NCBI GenBank assembly: GCA_965204795.1
Contig: OZ242012.1
Location: 206,650 to 270,649, forward strand
Source of the DNA: Thermodesulfobacteriota bacterium
Lineage (GTDB): Bacteria; Desulfobacterota_D; UBA1144; Nemesobacterales; Nemesobacteraceae
DNA length: 64,000 nucleotides
Direction of reading: 5' to 3'
Shown here: positions 34,823 to 44,823 of the stretch, one piece after another
Position numbering within the stretch: position 1 is the first letter of the stretch
Layout: every line of letters starts with the position of its first letter
Made by a program: the position numbers and the translations under genes
Notes under the pieces: generated by a model
The model's database searches: none
Seen by the model: only the letters and a program-made list of their open reading frames with translations
What the model was told of the DNA's origin: nothing

Positions 34823-36404
34823 GGTGAAAGAGGGAATCATCGACCTCGAGTTCGACTTTCTCATCGTGGGGGGAGGCCTCGCGGGTCTCTACGCGGCCGT
34901 CTGCGCCTCCTCGCTCGGCCGCTGCGCCGTCGTCACCAAGCAGACGCTCGTCGAGAGCAATTCCTACTGGGCCCAGGGCGGCATAGCGGCCGCGGTCGAC
35001 CCGGGCGATTCTCCCGTCTCCCACGGCGAGGACACGGTGAAGGCGGGAAGGGGGCTTTGCAACGAGCGGGCGGTGGAGGTCCTGGTGGAGGAGGGAAAGG
35101 AGAGGGTTTCCGACCTGATGAATCTCGGCATGAGGTTCGATTCCGACGACGGGGGTCTTCTGCTGGGTCTCGAGGGCGGCCATTCCAAGAGAAGGGTTCT
35201 TCACGCCGGGGGCGATTCCACGGGAAAGGAGATGGTGGAGTTTCTGATCTCCTTCGTCGGACGAAGCGGGTCGATAACGACGCTCGAGCTCACCACCGCG
35301 ACCGACCTGATCTCCGACGGGGACAGGTGCTACGGGGTGTGGGGCTACGACCAGGGACGCGGAAGCTACGTGAGGATTCTCGCTCCCGCCACCATACTGG
35401 CCACCGGCGGGGCGAGCGCCCTTTACGGAAGAACCACCAATCCCGAGGGCGCCTCGGGAGAGGGGATATCGCTCGCGTGGCGGGCCGGAGCGGAGATCTG
35501 CGACATGGAGTTCGTCCAGTTCCATCCCACCGTCTTCGTGGGGGAAAAGGGGGAGGCGTTTCTCATAACCGAGGCGGTGAGGGGCGAGGGCGCTTACCTG
35601 CTGAACGCCCGCGGGGAGCGGTTCATGCGTTCTCACAGTCCTCTCGGCGAACTCGCTCCCAGGGACGTGGTCTCGAGGGCGGTTCACGCCGAAACGGCCT
35701 CGGGCGAGGACCGCGTCTACCTCTCCCTAGCCCACCTCGACCCCGCCTTCGTGAGACGGAGGTTCTCCACCATAGGGAAACTCTGCGCGGATTCGGGATT
35801 CGACCTGGCCGCCGACAGGATTCCCGTGGCCCCGGCCGCCCACTACACCATAGGCGGAGTGAGAACCGCGCTTTCGGGGGAGACGAGCCTCGGGGGGCTC
35901 TACGCCTGCGGGGAGGTCTCGAACACGGGAGTGCACGGGGCAAACAGGCTCGCGAGCAACTCCCTTCTCGAATGCCTGGTGTTCGCGAAAAGGTGCGTCG
36001 ACGGGGCCGCGGCGGCGGGGTTTTCGGAGCGCGGCGGCGGGGACTTCAGGGGATTCGCCCTGGCCGACTCCGGGGGCGACCTCGGGGATTTTCCCGCCGC
36101 CGCCAGGGACACCGTTCTTCGCGGCATGAACAGGCGCCTGGGAATAGTGAGGGACGGAGACGGCATGAAGGAGTTTCTCGGCGAACTCGAGGAGCTTTCG
36201 GAGCGCGGCCGCGGGATTTCCGGCTGGTTCGGCTTCAGGCTCGGCGCCATGGTGGACGTCTGTTCCCTCGTCGCGCGGGCGGCCCTCGAGAGAAAGGAGT
36301 CGCGGGGGGCGCACATGAGGTCCGACTACCCGGAGGAGGACGCGCGGTACGAAAGACACATAGTTTTCAGAAAAAATCCCGGCGCGGGGGGAGGGGACGG
36401 ATGA
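34823..36404 (+). CDS. nadB: L-aspartate oxidase
   Basis: GTG start. FAD-binding DFLIVGGGLAGLYAA...SYWAQGGIAAA and the active-site region HPTVF...RGEGA are present. The flanking 32427-start track ORF is an artefact. Confidence 0.9.
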
Positions 36405-37249
36405 AGGAGCGGGGACCCGACCCGAGGGAAGTGGAGAGAATAGTAGACCTCGCTCTTCGCGAGGACGTGGGAAGCGGGGACATAACGTCCGGGAGCGTGT
36501 TCGGAGAGAACGAGGTCCTCTCGGCCGCCGTGCGGGTGAAGGAGAGGGGGGTGATCTGCGGCCTCGGCGTCGCGGGAGCGGTCTTTCGGAAAATGGACGG
36601 GGAGTGCGAGTGGGAGGAGATGACCCGTGACGGCCTGGCGACGGCTCCGGGCGACGTCGTCGCCCGCGTGACCGGCAACGCGCGGGGAGTTCTTTCCGCG
36701 GAGCGCTCCGCTCTCAACATCCTGCAGCGGATGAGCGGCATATCGACTCTCACCTCGCTTTTCGTCGAGGCCGTGCGGGGAACCGGAGTGCGGATAATGG
36801 ACACGAGAAAGACCGTTCCGGGTTTTCGCGCGCTGGCCAAGTACGCGGTCGCCGCGGGCGGAGGCCGGAATCACCGAAAGGGGCTTTACGACGGCGTGCT
36901 CATAAAGGACAACCACGTGAAGGCGGCGGGCGGAGTGGCCGTCGCGGTCGGCAAGGCGCGGGCGACGACGGCCGGAATGTTCGACATAGAGGTCGAGACC
37001 GGGACGATGGACGAGGTGCGGGAAGCCGTTTCGGCCGGGGCGGACGTGATAATGCTCGACAACATGTCCGTAGAAGAGATGACCGAGGCCGTGCGTTTCG
37101 TGGACGGCCGCGCGCTCGTGGAGGCGTCGGGGGGAGTGAACCTGGCCACCGCGAGGGAAATCGCCCTCGCAGGGGTGGATTTCATATCGGTCGGCATGCT
37201 CACCCACTCGGTCCCGTCTTTAGACATTTCCTTCGATGTGTTAGACTGA
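36401..37249 (+). CDS. nadC: nicotinate-nucleotide pyrophosphorylase (carboxylating)
   Basis: ATG overlaps the nadB stop. Motifs DITSG...RIMDTRKT.PGFR...KDNH...GADVIMLDNM. Confidence 0.9.
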   Translation: MKERGPDPREVERIVDLALREDVGSGDITSGSVFGENEVLSAAVRVKERGVICGLGVAGAVFRKMDGECEWEEMTRDGLATAPGDVVARVTGNARGVLSAERSALNILQRMSGISTLTSLFVEAVRGTGVRIMDTRKTVPGFRALAKYAVAAGGGRNHRKGLYDGVLIKDNHVKAAGGVAVAVGKARATTAGMFDIEVETGTMDEVREAVSAGADVIMLDNMSVEEMTEAVRFVDGRALVEASGGVNLATAREIALAGVDFISVGMLTHSVPSLDISFDVLD

Positions 37250-37284
37250 CGAGGGAAGTTTCTTCCGGCTTCTCCCCAGTTGCG

Positions 37285-38229
37285 ATGACCGACGTATACG
37301 AAGAGATAGACGCCCTCAGAAGGGAGAAAAACGCCGTAATCCTGGCGCACAACTACCAGATACCCGAGATACAGGATCTCGCCGACTACACCGGGGATTC
37401 CCTCGGGCTCTCGCAGAAGGCCTCGGAGACCGACGCCGAAATAATAGTTTTCTGCGGGGTCCATTTCATGGCCGAAACCGCGTCCATCATCTCCCCGGAC
37501 AAAAAAGTTCTCATTCCCGACCCCGGGGCCGGCTGCTCCCTCGCCGAAACGATAAACGTGGAGCAGCTTCGGGAGTGGAAGGCGCAGCACCCCGACGCGC
37601 TGGTGGTCTCCTACGTGAACACCTCGGCCGCGGTGAAGTCCGAAACCGACTACTGCGTCACTTCCTCAAACGCCGTCAAGGTGGTGGAGTCCATTCCCCG
37701 GGACAGGGAAATACTTTTTCTGCCCGACATGTATCTCGGCTCCTTCGTGGCCAGGACCACTGGGAGAAAGATCCATGTCTGGCCCGGGGAGTGCCACGTC
37801 CACGCGGGGATAAGACCGGCCGACATAAGGGAGATGAAGGAGAGCCATCCCGGGGCCGAGATGATCGTTCACCCCGAGTGCGGATGCACGACGACGTTTC
37901 TGGCCGCGGCGGCGCGCGACGAAGAGCTCGCGGGAGAGATAAAGTTCTTTTCCACAGGCAAGATGATCGATCACACGCGCAATTCCGACACGGAGGAATT
38001 CGTGGTCGCCACCGAAACGGGGATTCTCCACACCCTGAGAAAGCAGAGTCCGGAAAAAAAGTTCTGGCCGGCCAGGGAAGATGCGGTCTGCGAGTACATG
38101 AAGATGATAACGGTCGAGGGAGTGGCGAATTCCCTCAGAAAAGAGGTCCACGAGGTCAGGGTTCCGGAGGAGATAGCCGCGAAGGCGAAAAAGTCGATAG
38201 ACAGAATGCTCTACATATCGGCTCAGTAA
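37285..38229 (+). CDS. nadA: quinolinate synthase A
   Basis: 314 aa with the three-Cys motif contexts (AHNYQ...CSLAET; VVSYVNTSAAVK; ECHVHAG..HPEC). Confidence 0.9.
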   Translation: MTDVYEEIDALRREKNAVILAHNYQIPEIQDLADYTGDSLGLSQKASETDAEIIVFCGVHFMAETASIISPDKKVLIPDPGAGCSLAETINVEQLREWKAQHPDALVVSYVNTSAAVKSETDYCVTSSNAVKVVESIPRDREILFLPDMYLGSFVARTTGRKIHVWPGECHVHAGIRPADIREMKESHPGAEMIVHPECGCTTTFLAAAARDEELAGEIKFFSTGKMIDHTRNSDTEEFVVATETGILHTLRKQSPEKKFWPAREDAVCEYMKMITVEGVANSLRKEVHEVRVPEEIAAKAKKSIDRMLYISAQ

Positions 38230-38316
38230 CCTGCCGCTGCGCCCAAACCGGTCCGTTCGGAGGAATGTCGGCTCCGGCGCTGGCCGTAAGCGAGCGGAAA
38301 AGCGCTCCGGCGGTCT

Positions 38317-38928
38317 TTACTCCCGCCTAGCTTTCAGGGACAGGCTGATACAGTCTTTCGCCCGGCTCTTTCCTATGAGACCCACGACCCTGTCCTCGAT
38401 TTCCCCGGGAACGTTCATGTGCGCCTTGCGGAGAGCGTTGTATACGGCGTCTCTTTGCCCCTCCTTTCCCAGTGCCCGCCTTATCCTTTCATTGAACAGC
38501 AGGTCGATGGTCATGACCGTCGGGACCCGCGGAAAGCTCTTTTCGCATATCTTTTTGGCCTTTTTTTCGTCTATCATCGCTACCCCTCCGATTTCCGCGG
38601 CGTGGGCTATGACCGACGCTTCTCCGTCGTCGAGCGCGTGGAGAATCTCCCCCGAGACCAGGGATTCGAAGATTTTCTTCCCGACCTCGCCGAGGTCAGC
38701 CAGGCCGACGACCCCGCTCCCGGTCAGGGACTGAAGCTTCTCTCCGGTCCCGTGTCCTTTCTCCGCGCCTCGCGCCAGTTCGCGTCGCACGTCGCCCGTC
38801 ACGACCAGGGGATTGCGCAACGCCGCGACGATTCGTTCCAGGAACCCGGTGGCGGCCAGGTTGATCACGACGCTTGTATCGGCGACCAGGACGGCGTTCG
38901 GGTCAGTTGGGAAGTCTGAAGAGCTCAT
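38317..38928 (-). CDS. PIN-like domain protein (DUF4411-like), candidate toxin partner of the upstream ImmA/IrrE regulator
   Basis: 203 aa. The N-terminus AVLVADTSVVINLAATGF is a PIN-type first strand with an acidic residue. GEASVIAHAAEIGGVAMIDEKKA recalls the DUF4411 core. It overlaps the upstream XRE-ImmA/IrrE gene by 26 nt. Confidence 0.6.
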   Translation of the reverse strand: MSSSDFPTDPNAVLVADTSVVINLAATGFLERIVAALRNPLVVTGDVRRELARGAEKGHGTGEKLQSLTGSGVVGLADLGEVGKKIFESLVSGEILHALDDGEASVIAHAAEIGGVAMIDEKKAKKICEKSFPRVPTVMTIDLLFNERIRRALGKEGQRDAVYNALRKAHMNVPGEIEDRVVGLIGKSRAKDCISLSLKARRE

Positions 38929-40147
38929 TGGCTTCCTCTTGACCCATGTCGGCCAGTATCTTCCTGACCGCGATGCGGCCTAGGTCGAGGAGCCGGGCGA
39001 GCTGACCTTCGCTGTAGAAATCCCTTTTCCACGCCTCTCTCGCCAGAAGGACCAGCCGAGGCGGCAGGATGTCTCCGGCGACCGAAGCGCTTACGTGCCT
39101 GGGAGGCAGATGTCCTAGCACTTCCTTCGCCTGCCTGTCGGTGATTTTTCCGTTGGACTCGAACCATTCCCAGGTTCCTTCCCTGATCAGGGAAAGTTCC
39201 TCGAGTCTTCGCACCATGGCTTCGCGGGACACTCTGTGCTCGTGCGCGAGCAGTATGACATGACGCCGGGTGAAATGAGACTGGCCGTCGGTTATCCTGG
39301 CGAAGCTTTCGGCCACCCCGCGCGCCGGAGTCAGAAACGCGCGGGCGAAGCGGTCCGCGTATCTTTCCTCGCGGGAGCGGAATTTCTCGTCCTCGGTCAG
39401 GACTTCCGCCTGCTCTCGCGTCGAACAGAAGTGCCCGAGTTCGTGGGCCGCGGTCTGCCGTATGCGGTCGACCGGGTGGTTGGCGTTCAGCAGTATGCAG
39501 GCCCCGACGCTTTCTTCACAGGTGAACAGTCCCGATATCCTGTGGTCGATCTTCCTCGCGTACACGCGGATTCCCAGTCGCCGGTCGAGCAGCGATATGA
39601 TGTCCGGCGCCGGTCCCGCCCCGGTTCCCAGCCAGTCGCGCAGTTCCTGCGCGTTGCTCTCGGCCTGTGCCTCCACGTCGCCCGGAAGGATGGGACGCTG
39701 CGGCGGATATCGCCTCGTCCTGCCCGCCCCGAGCACGTTCTCAAGCTCGGTTTCCGCCTTGGCGAGCCTGCTTAGAAGGGCGGCCGCATAGTTTACGGCA
39801 TCGTCCTCGCTCCGTCGCAGCTTGCGGAAACGCGGAACGAGGTCGACATGTATCGCCTCGCGGCGCAATATGGCGTTTGCCGAAGTTCCGTAGAGCGCGG
39901 CGAGCCTCTGCAGTTCCTCTATGCCCGCGCGGCGGAGTCCCCGTTCCACGGCTACGAGGGTGGTCCGCGACAGGTCTGTTCTTTCCGCGGCCGCGGCCTG
40001 GGTCATGCGCGCCGACTTTCTGGCGATGCGAAGCCTTTCGCCGATCTCCCCGTCGCCGAGTCTTCCGGTTCCGCGCGATGCGGGAAGCCGCGCCGGGGGA
40101 GCCTTGCCGACCGCTGCGCCGTCCTGCTTTGTGATTTCTTTCGTCAT
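38903..40147 (-). CDS. XRE-family HTH regulator fused to an ImmA/IrrE (M78) zinc-metallopeptidase domain
   Basis: Start ATG 40147 (MTKEITK) has GGGAGG 8 nt upstream. HTH: IGERLRIARKSARMTQAAAAERTDLSRTTLVAVERG. HEXXH: TAAHELGHF, with a downstream E..YADRFA. The track ORF is extended 94 aa N-terminally. Confidence 0.82.
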   Translation of the reverse strand: MTKEITKQDGAAVGKAPPARLPASRGTGRLGDGEIGERLRIARKSARMTQAAAAERTDLSRTTLVAVERGLRRAGIEELQRLAALYGTSANAILRREAIHVDLVPRFRKLRRSEDDAVNYAAALLSRLAKAETELENVLGAGRTRRYPPQRPILPGDVEAQAESNAQELRDWLGTGAGPAPDIISLLDRRLGIRVYARKIDHRISGLFTCEESVGACILLNANHPVDRIRQTAAHELGHFCSTREQAEVLTEDEKFRSREERYADRFARAFLTPARGVAESFARITDGQSHFTRRHVILLAHEHRVSREAMVRRLEELSLIREGTWEWFESNGKITDRQAKEVLGHLPPRHVSASVAGDILPPRLVLLAREAWKRDFYSEGQLARLLDLGRIAVRKILADMGQEEANELFRLPN

Positions 40148-40349
40148 TCTGCCGTCCTCCCTAGTTTCCCGACAAACGATCCGGGTCCCGGAGATTTCAC
40201 GTATTGTTTCCGTTCGGCCGCATGTCCCGCCGCCCGCCCGTTCGTTCTTTTTTCCGCTTCGTCCCTCGAAATGCCCGGGACGGGCACCGGAACCGTCGCA
40301 TGTCTCCTGACCGGTTCGGACGTAAGGTTCTGCGGGGTCCGTCGCACAT

Positions 40350-40510
40350 GATTCAAACTTTATGTCAAAATAATGCTGTTTGTCGGTTGAAATGTCAAAC
40401 CCTGCCATGAAACTGAAAAATTCTTTCATAAGAGAAAATCACATTTTTCATTTCGGAATCGTTATACGGGAAAATCTTGGAAATGTTGTTATAAAAAAAA
40501 GTTTATGATT
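40350..40510 (-). promoter_or_regulatory. AT-rich intergenic region between ggt and the XRE-ImmA/IrrE gene with direct repeats ATGTCAAA; putative promoter/operator
   Basis: About 160 bp of roughly 25-30% GC sits in a ~65% GC context. ATGTCAAA occurs at 40362-40369 and 40392-40399, 30 bp apart. On the minus strand each repeat reads TTTGACAT and so contains a TTGACA -35 hexamer. Confidence 0.4.
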
Positions 40511-40752
40511 ATTTTGCGGGTTGGCCAACATGAAGAAATAGCCGGCCTCGGAGGGTCGCTGGCCGGAATTTTCGGTCCGGGCTTGGAGATGTTTCGCCGC
40601 GGGGAGTCGTTATGGCTGCGGCGCGGACCGGTCCTGGGCGGCCACGGCGGCGGGGAAGTCCGATGTCGGGCGAGAGGGAGCGGGAAAAGATTCCGTCGGG
40701 CGGTGCGGAAAAGCCGATGGACGGAATGTTCCGCGTATCCGCCCGGCAGCCG

Positions 40753-42555
40753 TCAAAAACCCGAAGCCCACGCTCCGGGCCGCCGTGCGTCCGCGGCCCC
40801 GAAAAGCGTTTTTCCGCGCACCGAGAGGCTCTGGGCCTTGCCTATGGAGTCCGCGGTCTTTACCGTGTGTCCTTTCCTGCGAAGCTCCGCGGCCACGTCT
40901 TTTCCCACTCCCGGTTCGAGGTAGAGAACGTCGGGAAGCCACTGATGGTGCGCCCTGGGGGCGTCCACGGCGCGACGAACGTCCATCCCGTGGTCTATCA
41001 CGTTGAGAATCACCTGCAACACGGTGGTTATTATCCTGCTCCCGCCCGGGCTTCCCGTGGCCAGCACCGGCCGCCCGTTTCTGGTCACTATGGTGGGAGT
41101 CATGGAACTCAGCATTCTCTTTCCCGGGGCTATGGAGTTTTTCTCGCCGCCCACGAGGCCGTAGGCGTTGGGCGCCCCCGGCTTGGAGGAAAAGTCGTCC
41201 ATTTCGTTGTTGAGCAGAATGCCGGTGCCCGGGACCGAAAGTTTCGAGCCGTAGGGAAAATTGAGCGTGTAGGTGTTGGAAACCACGTTCCCGAACCTGT
41301 CGGCCACGACGAAGTGGGTGGTGTCCTCGCCCCCGGCCGAAAGCGGGTCGCCGGGACTTACCGCCGCGCTAGGCGTCGCCCTCTCCGTGTCGACCAGCGG
41401 GAGGAGCCGCGCGGCGTATTTCTTCGAGGCGATCTCCCTGGCGGGAACTGGAGAGAAGTCGGGGTCGCCCAGATGCTTGGACCTGTCGGCGTAGGCGAGC
41501 TTCATGGTTTCCGCCAGAACGTGCAGGTATCGGGCCGAGTTGTGCCCGTAGTCCGAAAGGGGGTGGCTCTCGAGAATGTTCAGCATCTGCACCAGGTGCA
41601 CTCCGCCCGAGCTCGGAGGCGGCATGGAGTATATCCTGTGGCCCCTGTAGTCTCCGACGGTCGGGCTTCTTTCGGCCGGGGAGTACGCCGCGAGGTCCCG
41701 GCGGGTCACGAGGCCTCCTTCCTTTTCCATGTATGCCGCTATTTTCTCCGCCACCGCTCCCCTGTAGAAGGCGGCGGGTCCGTTTTTCCTTATTTCTCTC
41801 AGGGTCCAGGCGAGGTTTTTCTGCGCGAGAATCTCCCCCACCCGCGGCGGCTTCCCGTTTTTCGGGAAAAAGACCTCCATGCTCTCCCCGGATCTTTTCA
41901 TCCCTTCTCTCGCTTCCAGAAGGGACTCTCTGAGTTCCCGGTCCACGGGGAATCCCTTTTCCGCAAGCTCTATCGCGGGCTCCAGAGCCTTTTCGAGCGG
42001 GATGGTTCCGTATTTCTCGAGCGCCGTCGCGAGCCCAGCGACCGTTCCCGGAACCCCCGAAGAGTAGATGCTGTTTCTGGCCTTCTCGTTGTCGACCTCC
42101 CCGTTTTCGTCGAGAAACATGTCCCTCGTCGCTTTTTCGGGCGCCTTCTCCCTGTAGTCCACGGCCACGGCCTCGCCCCGGTCGGCAAGGTAGATCATCA
42201 TGAACCCGCCGCCCCCCAGGTTTCCGGCTCTCGGGAAAGTGACCGCCAGGGCGAATCCCATGGCGACCGCGGCATCCACGGCGTTTCCTCCGTTTCTGAG
42301 CACCTCGAGTCCGGCGAGGGTCGCCAGCCTGTCGGCCGACACCGCCATGCCGTTTTCGAACGGGCCGGACTGCCGCCCGCCCTCGCCGCGGGAGGAAAAC
42401 CTGGCGCAGGACGTCGCCGCCAGCAGAACGAGGCACAGGCAGAGCGCGGCGGCCCGTATTCCCGCGCGTCCCGTCTTTTCGCCGTGCCGGCGGAAGACGT
42501 TCAGAAGGAAAGGGCGTGGGCGTAGCGCCTCGACATGTTCATCCTGTCTTCGCAT
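40753..42555 (-). CDS. ggt: gamma-glutamyltransferase (lipoprotein-type signal)
   Basis: Lipobox ...LVLLAATSC. The Ntn-hydrolase nucleophile lies in ...GGEDTTHFVVADRFGNVVS and the C-terminus has GSPGGSRI. ATG 42555 is the only canonical in-frame start that includes the signal peptide; it overlaps the upstream sigma gene by 55 nt. Confidence 0.85.
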   Translation of the reverse strand: MRRQDEHVEALRPRPFLLNVFRRHGEKTGRAGIRAAALCLCLVLLAATSCARFSSRGEGGRQSGPFENGMAVSADRLATLAGLEVLRNGGNAVDAAVAMGFALAVTFPRAGNLGGGGFMMIYLADRGEAVAVDYREKAPEKATRDMFLDENGEVDNEKARNSIYSSGVPGTVAGLATALEKYGTIPLEKALEPAIELAEKGFPVDRELRESLLEAREGMKRSGESMEVFFPKNGKPPRVGEILAQKNLAWTLREIRKNGPAAFYRGAVAEKIAAYMEKEGGLVTRRDLAAYSPAERSPTVGDYRGHRIYSMPPPSSGGVHLVQMLNILESHPLSDYGHNSARYLHVLAETMKLAYADRSKHLGDPDFSPVPAREIASKKYAARLLPLVDTERATPSAAVSPGDPLSAGGEDTTHFVVADRFGNVVSNTYTLNFPYGSKLSVPGTGILLNNEMDDFSSKPGAPNAYGLVGGEKNSIAPGKRMLSSMTPTIVTRNGRPVLATGSPGGSRIITTVLQVILNVIDHGMDVRRAVDAPRAHHQWLPDVLYLEPGVGKDVAAELRRKGHTVKTADSIGKAQSLSVRGKTLFGAADARRPGAWASGF

Positions 42556-43814
42556 ATTCTTATCTTCTTCGAGTAGAAAGCCTTTTCGAAGGGTTCGCGG
42601 GCGAGGTCCGTCGCCCGGCGGAAGTTCGATATGGCGTCCCGGTAGCTGTGAAGCTCGAAATGAAGGTTTCCCAGAGTCGAGTACAGAAGGCCGTGCGACT
42701 CGAGCCGCTCTATGCCCCGGATTTCCCTCACTGCCTCCAGTCCTTCCCGCGGCCCGCGCTTTTTCGATACGGCTATCGCCTTGTGAAGTTCGACCACGGG
42801 GCAGTGCCTGCACGCCAGGTAGCTGTCGTAGAGGGAGATGATGCGGTCCCAGTCGGTGTCGCCGTATCTTTTCGCGAGGGAATGGACGGCTTCCACCCCG
42901 GCCTTCAGATGAATTTCCGTGACCTCGTTTCCGTCTTCCGCCGAAAGGGAGAGATGTTCGAATCCCCGCCTTATCATGTCCCCGTCCCAGAGGTCCCTGT
43001 TCTGCTCCCTTATGCCTACGGGTTTTCCCCCGGAGTCCCGCATGGTGTCGAGCCTCGCGGCGTTGAGAAGCATGAAGGACAAAAGAGCGTGCGTCGCGGG
43101 CCTTCTGGTAAGGGAAAAGCCGCAGAGCATCTCCCCGAGCCTTATCGCGGCGAAGCAGAGACGGGGCTCGGGAGACGTCTCCCCGCCGCGGCCGCCGAGT
43201 CCCATGGCGAAGATCTCGGAGACGTTTCTCGTCGCCGCCCCGAGATTGCGCTCCACGCCCCCGGGCGTCGTCATGGAGGCGGGAACGACCGTTCCGGAGA
43301 TTATCTTTTCCTTTTCGCGGGAAAGCTCCCTTTCGAGCGCCTTTTCGCTTTTTCCGAAAATCCTGGCCACGGAGGCGCAGGAAAATCCGCACAGCACGTC
43401 CAGCAGAAGCGGCTTTCGCAGCGAATCCCTTATCCGCGGCGAGCACAGCGAGAGAAGAAACCCGACCTGGCGTTCGGCCGCCTTTTCCTTTTCCGGAAAG
43501 GCCGGGCGGAACTTCGACACGTCGAACCTTTCCCCGCCGCGGCTTCTGCCCGCGAGATAGTTGACCTTGGCGCAGAAAAGCTTGCTCGAGTCTTCCGTTA
43601 TCTCGTTCCAGACGGCCGCCCGCGGGTCGCGGGGAATTCCGTTTCTCCCCCATTCGGCCCTGGCCTTTTCGAACGAGTTCCGACAGACCCTCTGCACGTG
43701 CTCCAGGCTCCGCATGCCGAAAACCCCGACCAGAGTGCATACTATCGCCCCGTAGTCGTCCGTCGTCTGCTTTTCTATCAGCCTGTTTACTTCCGGACTG
43801 TGACGCTTTATTCC
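42501..43814 (-). CDS. ECF sigma factor with C-terminal TPR-like extension (COG4941 / ECF42-type, DUF6596)
   Basis: Regions sigma2 (GIPRDPRAAVWN) and sigma4 (LLLDVLCGFSCASVARIFGKSEKALERELSREKEKI) are present. The C-terminal domain has REQNRDLWD, GDTDWDRIISLYDSYL and PVVELHKAIAV, which parallel COG4941 proteins. TTG start at 43814 (GGAGAG 5 nt upstream) is assumed; the track ORF is longer. Confidence 0.7.
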   Translation of the reverse strand, partial: GIKRHSPEVNRLIEKQTTDDYGAIVCTLVGVFGMRSLEHVQRVCRNSFEKARAEWGRNGIPRDPRAAVWNEITEDSSKLFCAKVNYLAGRSRGGERFDVSKFRPAFPEKEKAAERQVGFLLSLCSPRIRDSLRKPLLLDVLCGFSCASVARIFGKSEKALERELSREKEKIISGTVVPASMTTPGGVERNLGAATRNVSEIFAMGLGGRGGETSPEPRLCFAAIRLGEMLCGFSLTRRPATHALLSFMLLNAARLDTMRDSGGKPVGIREQNRDLWDGDMIRRGFEHLSLSAEDGNEVTEIHLKAGVEAVHSLAKRYGDTDWDRIISLYDSYLACRHCPVVELHKAIAVSKKRGPREGLEAVREIRGIERLESHGLLYSTLGNLHFELHSYRDAISNFRRATDLAREPFEKAFYSKKIRICEDRMNMSRRYAHALSF

Positions 43815-44093
43815 CAACCTGGCTCTCCGCGTTCCCAGCTTCCGCCATGGTCCGGATGTTCGTTTCCGGGCGCGCCGGCGGGGCGAGGAAAGTGCAAAAT
43901 TTCGGGTAAGGAGAGTAAAGCATAAAGCCCCGTAAAGCAAGAAAGAGGCGGGGCAACCAACCAAATTTAAAAAACCGGACATTTGTTTTGCTCGCAATTG
44001 ACACTCTCTGCTGGAGGGTTTAGATTTTCCATGCGCGGCTTGCCGCAAGGTGCCGTAGCGGAAACGGGTCGCCGGCTCTCGTTAGGAACGGTT

Positions 44094-44396
44094 ATGAATC
44101 TCATCGGATCGAGTTGCGTTGTTGTTGCCAACCGGCATAACCCGTCCATTCTCAATCCGGGCTGGCTTTCCAGAATGAAAATTGTTGACGCCGAGCGGGA
44201 AACGGCGGAACCGATCACAGTCACGCCCGCTTTCGCCAGATGCGCGCATTCCAACGATGTGGAGATAGCGTTGGACCCCGGCAAGCTGACCGTCAACCTG
44301 TCCTCGGAACTGCCGAAAATAGCGGGAAGGTACGCGAGAACCCTGAAACGCGTACCCTGCAAACATCAGGGCAACAATTTCAGGGTTTCGACCTGA
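44094..44396 (+). CDS. hypothetical protein (about 100 aa), low-GC island
   Basis: MNLIGSSCVVVANRHNPSILNPGWLSRMKIVDAERET...; no recognised family. A TTGACA-N17-TAGATT promoter-like element lies at about 44003-44031. Confidence 0.4.
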   Translation: MNLIGSSCVVVANRHNPSILNPGWLSRMKIVDAERETAEPITVTPAFARCAHSNDVEIALDPGKLTVNLSSELPKIAGRYARTLKRVPCKHQGNNFRVST

Positions 44397-44403
44397 CCGG
44401 CCC

Positions 44404-44823
44404 GTGAAACTTTCCGGCTCCAACGATTATTCGGAAATCCTTGGCGGGATTGAAAGCCAGGTGAAGGAACTTTCGCAAGACGCTCTCGAAGAAGAAGCAG
44501 AGGGTCAGCTTCCCTTGTCGGAACCTTCCCGTCTCGGGCTGGTCGCGTTCATGGACAGAGTAGCCGCTCTTGTTCCGCTCAACTCCGAGCTGCTTCCGGG
44601 CCTCGCCCTGACGTATGAAGGAGAGATCGTGGCGGAGTGGCGTCGCTCTTCCGACGAGAAGCTCGTGCTGGAGTTTCTCAATTTGGAAGACCTGAAATTC
44701 ATGTTTTTTTATCCCGATTCCGCCGACCCGGCCAGGATACGAAGGATCTCGGGAAGCGACTCCGTGGAGAGTTTTCTCTACGAGTATCCCAAGGCCCTGG
44801 ATTTTCTGCGAAGCCTCAAGTGA
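44404..44823 (+). CDS. hypothetical protein (139 aa), low-GC island
   Basis: MKLSGSNDYSEILGGIESQVKELSQDALEEEAEGQ...; no recognised family. It starts 7 nt after the preceding ORF. Confidence 0.45.
   Translation: MKLSGSNDYSEILGGIESQVKELSQDALEEEAEGQLPLSEPSRLGLVAFMDRVAALVPLNSELLPGLALTYEGEIVAEWRRSSDEKLVLEFLNLEDLKFMFFYPDSADPARIRRISGSDSVESFLYEYPKALDFLRSLK

Noticed and set aside
35057-37249. 730-aa ORF 35057-37249(+) and the 32427-36404(+) 1325-aa ORF
   Set aside because: They are Arg-rich extensions in the frames of nadC and nadB running through neighbouring genes. The real genes start at 36401 and 34823.
40505-42525. Plus-strand ORFs 40505-40924, 40612-42525 and 42200-42841 opposite ggt
   Set aside because: They lie antisense to a well-conserved gamma-glutamyltransferase and have an Arg/Gly/Pro-rich composition.
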